This document shows, piece after piece, positions 23,301 through 33,219 of a DNA stretch of 34,661 bases. A program made the translations under genes and the position numbers. The stretch's first letter is position 1; the number at the start of each line of letters is the position of its first letter. The notes beneath the pieces are model-generated. The model searched no databases. It was not told the origin of the DNA and saw only the letters and a program-made list of their open reading frames with translations. The DNA is from Takakia lepidozioides (Eukaryota > Plantae > Bryophyta), in contig JAKLZA010000333.1 in assembly GCA_030704615.1 (NCBI GenBank), positions 1 to 34,661 on the forward strand. The letters run 5' to 3'.

Positions 23301-26300
23301 TGGCTAAGTCCCTGAACGGCAATAGGGCCTGGAACTGGAAAATGGCGCCGAATTTCCAGTTCCGGGCCAGCCAGTCTAGGGACTTAGCCATTTTCGGAGC
23401 CCTGACTGGAAATTCGGCGCCATTTTCCCTAACACCACTTAGGCCTCTAACATCCTGAAATGCCAGGACTTGAAAGAAAGGCAGCGCGTATGTACCTGTA
23501 CAGAAGGCGCATTGCTGCTTTGTCCGCGTTCGGCTGGTCGGTGAACTCGTGGCTCCGGCGAGCATCTGCTATCTCCCGAAAGAATAGGTTGGTTTTGTAG
23601 AGCAGAAAGTACCTCGTCACATAGTCACGTAGGCTCTCTGCTGCAGGAGATATCTCCATCTTGAACTGATGTGCTTGTGTGTCCAGCTGCTCTTGCGCAT
23701 TCGTCGTCACCTGTGGAGATTGTCCATCAGATCGCTTTCCTCAAAAAATACAATGAATCCACCCCCTACTAGAGTAGAAGCCCCAAACGAAGCGTGGGGA
23801 AGTACCTGAAACCACCATGTCATGCGGTTCATCCACATGTCGAATGTGGGGTCAGAGAGTTTGTCCGGTTTGGGGAAGCTCCACATGTCCCTGGTACTTT
23901 GGGAACCATTCCAGATTTGGAGCCACCGGGTCTGTCCAACCACCCAGCATATTCGTAAGCGCCAAACACCACAAAAGGAGTTGTTGCCACCACAATTTGG
24001 TTAAGAATGTATCACCTTTTCTGTTGCATCCACACAGGATGTGGCTAGACGATGGAGCTTCTCCAATGTCATCGTGGGCTTCAGAGCGCGAGAGTAGTGC
24101 TTCCCCACCTCCACCAGAAAGTCGGCACCAAGGGCGGGATCAGCTATGGCCACGTACTTTACCATCCGCGACTTGTACTTTATGCGGGCCCTCACCTCCG
24201 CAGCTTTGACATACGATTCGAGTTCCGGGAGGTTGGATTCTTCTCCTCTGACTCCATGTAGAACCTCCGCGCATGTGCCAAATCCTGCTGTATTTTCGTC
24301 TGTCGAAAAGGCGCACATAAGATTAGAGATCCTGCTCAACACAATTTCTTCTATTGGGGAGGAGAGACAAATTAGCTCAACAAAACTGTGAGGAGCTTTA
24401 CCCGAAATATGTAGTCCACCATGGCGTCGACGCTCAGCCTATACCAGGTTCTGTCTGCCTTTGCCTCCGACTTGCGCAGGAGGTCGGCACTGAGGGAATT
24501 GGCAAACTCTTGCACCCCCTGCTTCCCGACATCCTTCACTCGGAAGAGCATATGGGACAAGTTGGTGGCAATGAAGGCATTCTCAGTCACCCTGCAGTGC
24601 CACATTTCCATCAAACAATACTGAAATGGGAATTTTCATCATATATGAGGATTCGCAATGAAATGACTTCCAAATTCAAAGTCCAAAAGCGAGAGGGGTT
24701 GTAGCTTACGAGTTGATGTCGGCCATTGCAGCTTTGAGAAGACTGCGATCTTTGGGCCCCGCAACCTTCAGCACAACACAATCGACGGCGAAATGCCAAT
24801 CGAGATCGTTGGGGGGCTTGGGCAATGTGCTCCATCCATGCCAGGAGGCGATGATTGCCGTCCCACACATAGAACATCTTACCGGACATGTGCTGGAAAA
24901 GAGGATCACTAGCAATCGATCTCTCGAACTCCTCATTTCGCGTTTGCCAATGGGGACCCCATTTGTCCACCTCATCGGAAGTGTGGGCACGGGAAGCTCC
25001 GTGGTCGTTCTCAATGGAAACGTAAAAGGCGGCAGACCCCATTCGATATCCATCCCGGAAAGAGAATTTCAGCTTGTCGATATCGCCTGGGAGGGCAGGT
25101 CTCACCACCTGCAATGACACCAAGCGGCAAAGGGGAATTCGAAGCTTGGCCGGGTACACCATGCCCCCCAGCACCCTGCCAATGTTGCTGTGGGTTGCCT
25201 CCAACATCTTGGCAGCGGCCAACTTCATATCCGCCTCAGACATGACGTCTGCTGCAGAGGGGTTTTCCGGCAGCCCACCAGGACCGCCAAATCCAGCCTG
25301 TATGCTCCGGGTTTGGGGCCTGGGGATGTCCGGGAGGATGTCATCCTGGTCAGAAACCTCCATGTCGTCCTCCTCAACAGGGTCAGCCACCTGCGAAACC
25401 ACCTCCAGCACTCTCGTCGTCTCTACTGCCCTCTCCCTGGCTTCACCTCGAACTTGCACAATCCGTGCTCTTTCAGTTGTTCTTTCCTCTCCTCCACTCT
25501 CCACCGTATGGGTAATTGCGGGGGCTGCTCTTGCCCGCGATGGTCTAACCGGTGTGCTACTGCCTCTCTGTGGTGTCTTGTAGGGATCCACCGTCTCTGT
25601 GGGTCCCTCGCTTACATTGGCATCTGTCATTTGGGCACCCCTGGCCTCTTCAGCTGCCTTTTGTCTTTCCTCCTGGCTAGCATTCTGTCTCGTCTGTTCT
25701 TTTGCCCTCTCTTTTGCCCTCTCACGGGCTTTCTGTTTTCTTACTAGGGCTAGCAGCAGGGGAGCCCTCCAGACGACCACCTTTGATTGAGGCGAACTGA
25801 CACCCTCGCGCGCACTGCACTCCCCCCCTCCGCAGCCCGTGACTGCTCTCTCGCCGGGGATTGCATGTGCTTAGCTTTCTTCTTTTTCTTTGCGTGGGCG
25901 GGCCCTACTGCATGTGCAATGAACAACCTCCATTGCCGGATCTGTTGTCCTCATGTCCTCACGCCCTTCACCTGCCATGCCGCCTGCCCAACCTCCCAAT
26001 GCCTACTCTGTCGTATCTCGTTTGCAAGTCCTCCCGTCCACCAACAAAAGGTTTTAAGTTTGCCCTCTCGCCCAAGTTGGGCGATTCAAACATGCGATGA
26101 GTTGGAGCTGTCGATGATACCACCAGCGTGCCGGGCTCGTCGTCACTCTGTCTTGACAAAAATCGTGAAAACCAACATCGTGCAAAAAGCAAGCATCGCA
26201 ACGAGCAGCGCAACCACCATAGCAACAATCATGTAGCAAAATGAAAACATAACAAGTTTAGGAAGTATGGAGAGCCATGCAACAACAATGAAAACAAATG

Positions 26301-26667
26301 CAACCATTGCCTAAGAATGACATGCACAAGCAGCCTTCTCCAGAGCTGCCGGATTTGCACACGCATTGCAAACTATCTAAGGTTCACTCAACTATCTAAA
26401 GTTCACTCATACAGCAAAGCCAGGATGAAGATGCAAAAACAAAGCGAAAGCAAAAATAAATCGAACAAACCGAAAGCAGAAGTGGCTTGCCTGAGAGTAC
26501 TCGGCTTCAGTTGGCGCAGTTTGTGAGCAAGACACTGGAATCTCCTGCTGGAGCTTCAGTTTGGCCATGCGAGAGATTGGCCGTCGTCCGTAGTACAGAG
26601 CTTTCAACTTCCGCCGCGGTCTGGATGTGAGGTCTCTCTCAGGAGAGCCACGCCCTTCATGCGACAT
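20346..26667 (-). CDS. Multi-exon accessory gene: ParB/Srx-like (DGNHR) domain plus beta-class N4-C/N6-A DNA methyltransferase-like domain, acidic tail; some frameshifts; start uncertain
   Basis: FYVWDGNHRL at 24862-24848; DMILLDIPDG at 21828-21817; spliced RSPAFIQTLMETCSDVQGRILDLTCGTG|ASMWAGTLSDRHVFAFEPD. Frame-preserving GT-AG introns at 24709-24592, 23495-22700, 21570-21483, 21217-21134 and 20934-20806. Confidence 0.8.
22727..23425. repeat. 95-bp tandem array (~7 copies) inside an intron
   Basis: CTAGGGACTTAG recurs at 22808, 22903, 22998, 23093, 23187, 23281, 23376. Confidence 0.95.
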
Positions 26668-26874
26668 AAGTCCCAGCCAAAGAGATCTCCTTTTTTATGG
26701 GGTACATGCCTGGAATACCATGTTAAGCCAGTTTAGCATGAGATTTAGGGTACGTGTCCAGGAAGCCATGCGTCGCCAGCCCAAATAATAACCGACGGCC
26801 GTCGACATTTATTGCCCAACTGCGCAATTAAATGTCGGATGAAGCCCTCCATGTCGGATGAAAATCGACGTAAA

Positions 26875-28130
26875 CAGTCCGGAATTTCCAACGTAGAGGT
26901 AATTCGGAGCGCTGCACGATGGAATTCCGGCGCCGGATTTCCATCCTGCAGGTAATTCGGAGCGCAGCAGATGGATATCGGGCCGAATTTCCATCCGCGG
27001 AGGAAGGGCGGCGCTGGAAATTTCCCTCATGCAGGTAATTCGGAAGCGCGCGGATGGAAATCCGGCGCCGAATTTCCATCCGCGCAGGTAGGGCGGCGGT
27101 GGAAATTTCCCTCATGCAGGTAATTCGGAAGCGCGCGGATGGAAATCCGGCGCCGAATTTCCATCCGCGCAGGGGGGCGGTGCGCCAATTTCCCTCAGCA
27201 GGAAATTCGGCGCCGAATTTCCATCCGGCAGGTAATTCGGAATCCCGGATGAATGGAAATCGGCGCCGAATTCCATCAGCAGGTAATTCGGATCCCGGAT
27301 GAATGAAATTCGGCGCCGAATTTCCATCCAGCAGGTAATTCATACCGGATGAATGGAAATTCGGCGCCGAATTTCCATCCAGCAGGTAATTCCAATACGG
27401 ATGAATGGAAATTCGGCGCCGAATTTCCATCCAGCAGGTAAGTCGAATCGGTGCCAATGGATATTCGGCGCCGAATTTCCATTCGCCATGTATTTCTGAG
27501 CGTGGAATTACCTTCGCGCAGGTAATTCCCAGATGAGAATTACCTTCGTCAGGTAATTGCCAGATGAGAATTACTTCGTGCAGGTAATTGTGGACGAAGA
27601 ATTCACATCGATTGGAATTACCTGCAGGAAGGTAATTCTCATCTGGAAATTACCTGCACGAAGGTAATTCCCGCTCAGAAATACATGGCGAATGGAAATT
27701 CGGCGCCGAATCGCCATTACGGAACACATCCGACTTACCTGCTGGATGGGAATTCGGCGCCGAATTTCAATTATGCGGGATTCGCTACGTGCTTATGGAA
27801 ATTCGGCGCCGAATTTCCATTCATCCGGATTCGAATTACCTGCAGGATGGAAATTCGGCGCCGAATTTCCATCCATCCGAGATTCCACTTACCTGCTGGA
27901 TGGAAATTCGGCGCCGAATCTCCATCCATCCGGGATTCCATTACCTGCTGGATGGAAATTCGGCGCCGAATCCAATCCATCCGGGATTCCACCTACCTGC
28001 TGGATGGAAATTCGGCGCCGAATCTCCATCATCCGGGATTCCACTACCGCTGGTGGAATTCGGCGCCGAATTTCCATCCATCCGGATTCCATTACCGGCA
28101 GGATGCAAATTCGGCGCCGTTTTCCCATCT
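26875..28130. repeat. Two oppositely oriented ~52-bp arrays of the palindrome GGAAATTCGGCGCCGAATTTCC forming a large inverted repeat centred near 27600
   Basis: GGCGCC cores at 27209, 27262, 27312, 27363, 27415, 27467 and 27702 to 28113; flanks CAGCAGGTAATT (left) versus TTACCTGCTG (right). Confidence 0.92.
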
Positions 28131-28616
28131 GTGGAAGTTTTATGTCGGCCAGTTTCGGTCTGACCCCCGACAAGACTTCCTTTGGGGGGGCCCGGATGGA
28201 AATTCGGCGCCGAATCTCCGTCCATGGGATGTTCTCTGTCGCACACTCGCCGGCCTCTGCGCCCGAGGCGACTTCATCCGGGCGTCCCCTGTTCGATATT
28301 CGGTGCCGAATTTCCGTCCGGGGGTTGAAATGTGACGGCCAACTGCAGGCCACTCCCCCCTCCCCGACTCATCCGAACCGCCCGGATGGAAATTCGGCGC
28401 CGTTTTTCCATCTGGGGATGTTTTATGCCGTCCAGTTTTCGGCCTGACCCCCCGACACGACTCCCTTTGGGGGGCCCGGATGGAAATTCGGCGCCGAATC
28501 TCATCCAGGGGATGTTCTCTGTCGCACACACTCCGGCCTCTGCGCCCGAGGCGACTTCATCCGGGCTTCCTCTGTTGGATATGGTGCCGAATTTCCATTC
28601 GGGGGTAGTAATGTGA
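28095..28616. repeat. Two-copy direct repeat of ~285 bp
   Basis: GGGATGTTCTCTGTCGCACAC..GCCCGAGGCGACTTCATCCGGGC present at ~28226 and ~28508. Confidence 0.85.
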
Positions 28617-28958
28617 GGGCACGGTGCCGTTTCCCCTTCAGCCGTCATCATCCGGACGGCCCCCCACTTTCTGACTGCATACCGTTGGCAGTTATTGCGC
28701 AAAGACCAGGGGCCGCATTCCGGAGACAAGTTCATTAACACTCTGACTGGGATTTTTGAGATAGTTGGCTCCCTGGATTTGGATCAGGCTTCGTCGCTCG
28801 GACAAATCGGCATCGCATTCATTCCCATCGCTGCACCCCCTTCTACCAGGGAGCTTCCCCGCACGCCATCCTGGCAGTCTTGTGTGCACATCTCCCATGG
28901 CGGAAAACCCGAGCGCTACAGTGTACTGCCCTCCTCACGAGCATAGAGCTTCATTTCC

Positions 28959-31900
28959 GTGCAGAGGGGACACCTGCCGGGTGATGGAGAAATATCTGTG
29001 CGTTCGATACCACCTGAAACCGGGGTCGGTTTTTTGGAGGAGGAAAGGAAGGACTCAAACGGCCTTGTTGTCGAGAGTATTGTTGTGCTCCACGATGATT
29101 TCGGCGATGGCAGGGAATGGCGAGTTCCACCATCGGACAGCGTCATATACAGGGCTGTTGGGGACTTCATTTGCCCGCCAAATGCACCGTCTATCCTGGC
29201 GCCTTCCGCGAATCAGAGAGTGGGTACCTCAAAGAGAGAAGTCCGCAACGAAGTAAATCCGAGCCGAACCCATCATGAAGACGACCGAGAACCGGGTTGT
29301 TCACAACCTGTCCGACTCAGACGAGGTCATGGAAGTTCCGAGGTCGTCCTGGAGATCAGGCAAGTCCTCAATGGACGTCAGTGGAGGAGGGAGTCATATT
29401 CCCAGCACGAGCACCGCAGTTCGATCTATTCTAGAAATTCTGCGAGGGCTTCACCTGGAGGGACACCGGTCGGAGCTGGCCGGGCTGGACTACAGCAAGT
29501 TCGCAATTAAATCGGTTACATGCCTTCCCGCCGACGTCGACGGTAATATCTTCTTTGAGTTCCCTCCTCGGGCGGACTACTCGAGGGCGTCCGGAATGTG
29601 ACAGATATGGATAGAAAACATGACGGTCATCCTTGGTGCGTTACCAAAACCACCAGCATGAAGATGTGATGGTGTGCGGGTGCGCTACTTGTTTGTGCGG
29701 GCGCGTTGCGGTGTTTCTCCCAACTTGCTTCCACTTTAAATCCAGAGGTCACAGGAACGAGACCGATTGGACAGGCACAGCTCACCAACCATTTCGAGCT
29801 CAGGAGAAGGTTCCGAACTCCACATTTAAGTGTGCGCATTGCAAAGAACCACCACACTGCATGTCTGTTTGTAATGCCAAGCAGTTCTATGTGTTGCACC
29901 GTTTCCCTGACCTCACCCGAGCTTGCATACACGTGGTTCCCATTGTCACAAATTGGCGAGGGGAACTCGCGGGAGGCTGCCCACGAAGCAGAGCAGCTCG
30001 TTCAGGAGGAGGTTAAGTTGAGACCGGGTGCCAAACCCAAACAGATACAGCTCCAAGCCGCCCATAAGATGGCATTGGCCAGAATTATGTCGGAAGACGG
30101 CTCCGATAGAGTTCCTCTCGACGAGAAGGAAATGGAGGCATTGCTGGAGTCGGTGTCCCACGTATGTTCACCGAATGTCCGAAACCACATTGTCTCATGC
30201 AAACAGAAATTGGCGTGGCTCGGATATGCACTCCATTCTGGAGGTGAAGCGACGATGTGGATATGACTACATTCATGGAAGTAGGTTTCCAGACAAGGGA
30301 CTGAGGCAGCGTTGTTTCGTATTCAAAATGTCCACGTGTGGACCTGGCAGTGGCGTCGAACTGGTCGACAGGATGACGAGTGGGAACTTGTCAAACAGTT
30401 GGGTCATGTTCGACCATATCACGAATTACAAATCACCAGTGGTGACAATGGGTGCACATGTCTACGACACCCACTGCAGGATGCTAATGACAATTGCTAT
30501 TTGTGAGATGAAAGGAGAGGACACACAATCGGAGATGCTTCTTTGGCAGGGAATAAACGAACAGATGGCCAAGGCGGGATTGCCCCCTCCCAATTTCCGT
30601 GGTTTCATGGCGGACAACGCACAAGCAAATTGGGCTGCCATCCGAAGGGTGTACGGGCAAGACCCAATGTTCCCATGGAAGGCAAGGAGAGATCTTGTGG
30701 GTTCCATTTTCTGCAGAGCCTTTCGCAGTACACAACCAGGCTCGTGGCGCCAGATTTCAGAGAGGAGCACCGTTCCATGTGCCTTGCGTGGAAGCGCGCT
30801 CCACCTTGGATGATGCAGAGACACAATTGCATGCATACGGGCTTGGTGGACATCGTCAGGTGCCTGTAAGAAAATCAGACGAAGGAGCAATGGTCAGTTG
30901 GCTAGCATGGTGGCATTATCGTTTCCTCCAGTTCGGCGACTATATGCGGGAGGTGAGTTGCACGAATTCGCGTCCCGTTGGATATTATTCTTGGCCATAT
31001 TTGTAACTTGCTTGTAACCTGAACATGTGCTTGTGCAGGAAATGTGTCTCGACTCCGACACCGACATGCCCACGACAAACATGGCCGAATCAGTGCACTC
31101 TTCCTGGCGTGCCTCCTCTGCGGCGCATCTGGTGGACATCCTCACTGCCACAACGGAGGACATTGTGAGGTCAATTATGCAGCAATGCAGGTACAACGAG
31201 TTCTTGAAAGGGAACAGTGGGGCTTGGGGCCGGACAGGCAGGAAATGCTGATGCGGACTGCCTCCAGATCGAAGAATCCTCGGAGGGCGGGGCCTTGCGA
31301 GAGGCGGCGGCGGGCCTGCGAGAGGGCCTTCGGGACACGCCATTGCTGCGAAGAGGCCAACATTTGGAAGGAGATGTTCATACCCGTCCAGTGAGACGAA
31401 GACTTGACGAGGACCTGGCGGAGAAGAGGATTCATGGCGAGCTGACAAGAATATTCGCACGCTCCCTCGTGGTCCGGTGATGTTGTCCGAGGAGGTCTCG
31501 TCGAGCACCGGAAGTCCTGCACGTTCAAGATCGCCATCTCTTTGAGCACAGGGCGCGTGCCCCGGCAACATAACGAGCCATCTGTAGTAAAGCAATACAA
31601 CATTCCCATTGTGGAGACAAGAGTGTCGGAGTCACAGTGGAGAATTGCGAGGACATTGCCGGCATTCGAGGGAAGTGTTGCGCCATCCGGGTGGATACGA
31701 GAGCACGCTGTGGTGAGATGATTCGGAGGAACCCACACGTGTGCTGTACCTGCACCCTGTTTCAGCGGCAGATTTTTGACTCCCACATTTGCTCACGCCA
31801 CAACGCAGACATTTTGGTTCTGTAGGCACGACATAATGACCTGTGTATTTGGCAAGCCCAAGTACGGGATTCAGGAATGCCGGAGCCTCCGGGCGTCTGG

Positions 31901-32468
31901 CCTGTTGCACCGGGTTGCAGCCTCTCTCAGAATGAGGCGGATGCTCTATCTGCAGCAGGATTTCGAATGGTGCAACGCACAGACATCCGGCCCACGCATT
32001 TCCGGTTCCTCAGACCCAGCCATTGCAGACTGCTCGGTCCAGTAGAGACGGATTGGACAATTCTGCACATCCCACAATGCGATTCGGAAGAGTGAAGAGA
32101 CGACACCCTCCCAACAAGTTGAATGAGACTCGGATTGCCAATGCTCTTGGGATGGCTTGCACTATTCAGAGCTCCGTGGACGTACCCCCACCGGCCTTGG
32201 GCGTGTGTATCGGATGGCAACGGCCGGCTCGGCTGTACGCGACGATGTATACACAATTACGATTGGAGTGGAGCCGACTTGCAACTGTACGGACTTCGCG
32301 TTGATGGAAGCAAAGAAGGGTTCGAAGTATTATCCGTGCAAGCATCTGTATTACATTTACCTGAAGAGGTTGAGGATGAACGTGACTATTGATGACTTTA
32401 TTCATGCACCGGCGTTGAGCGTGAACGAGCTGCACAAACTCCTCCTTAGGGATTCCAGAAATCATTGA
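28959..32468 (+). pseudogene. MULE DDE transposase with N-terminal Cys/His-rich (GCM/WRKY-like) region and C-terminal SWIM finger; many frameshifts; start uncertain
   Basis: WVMFDH, FMADNAQAN, CGFH, TNMAES, CNCTDF..YPCKH; intron 30953-31038 at the same position as in copy 1. Confidence 0.85.
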
Positions 32469-32619
32469 GCAAACGGAATCCTCCCATATGGATATTTTCA
32501 AATGCATTTTGCTGTATGGAGACTTTTTTTTTGCAGTGTAATGAAATGCACCCCAAAACTCCTGGAATGAGGCAATATTCCATTCAAACTGAGATCCAAC
32601 AGAAGCAGTTGTGGGGCCA

Positions 32620-32855
32620 TTTCTGGAAAAATGGCGCCGAATTTCTCTTTTTGGGGCCGAAAACTCGCTAAGTCCCAACATGCACTGGTACCTGTGTTGG
32701 GAAAATGGCGCCGAATTTCTCTTTTTGGGGCCGAAAACTGGCTAAGTCCCACATGCACTGGTACCGTGTCTGGAAAAATGGCGCCGAATTTCTCTTTTTT
32801 GGGCCGAAAACTGGCTAAGTCCGAACATGCAATGGAAAATGGCGCCGAATACCTG
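32620..32855. repeat. ~74-bp subterminal tandem repeat (3+ copies) containing GGCGCCGAATTT
   Basis: GGAAAA(A)TGGCGCCGAAT at ~32625, 32700, 32772, 32834; shares CCGAAAA(C)TGGCTAAGTCC with the 95-bp array. Confidence 0.9.
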
Positions 32856-33219
32856 TCATGAGGGGACTATAGCCGTGGAATTCGGCACCATTTTTCGCCA
32901 GAGAGACCTATTGCCGCGAAATACGTCGCCGTTTTTTCAGGTTACGGACCTATTACCGCGAAATTCGGCGCATATTTGCACATGTCGCTGGGAATTGGCA
33001 TGAGCGGAAGACGAAATTTCATGAGCACAATGTCAAAAGTGCAATTTTCCCTTCAAGGGGCCGAATAATATATTTGTTTTCCTGACACATTGCATTAAAA
33101 TATTGTTTTATTGTTTTTTATTTTTCGAATTGTACTCTGCTCATGAAAACCGATTGTGTTACTACTCTGTCATGCCGCTCATGCGCTCATCCGTTCATGC
33201 TCATGAAATAGCAAACCTC

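Larger units (their letters stand above)
20126..33219. mobile_element. Complete ~13.1 kb Mutator-like (MULE) DNA transposon, copy 2, with two divergent genes
   Basis: ~20-bp TIRs GGGGCTGCTATTTCATGAGC / GCTCATGAAATAGCAAACCTC; CATGAGC subterminal repeats; TSD CTTCCTGG(G) at 20117-20125 and 33220-33228; removing the element restores RT sequence VDPRKIE. Confidence 0.93.

Noticed and set aside
20346-25780. Bacterial or phage contamination as the source of the ParB-MTase
   Set aside because: The gene has several frame-preserving spliceosomal introns and lies within a TIR/TSD-bounded element inserted in a plant retrotransposon.
26875-28130. CRISPR array (palindromic repeats at regular spacing)
   Set aside because: The spacers are similar to each other rather than unique, the arrays are mirrored, there are no cas genes, and the context is a eukaryotic transposon.
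26828-28616. Repetitive ORFs (MEIRRRIS, DGNSAPNF)
   Set aside because: Artefacts of a stop-poor palindromic repeat that is open in many frames on both strands.
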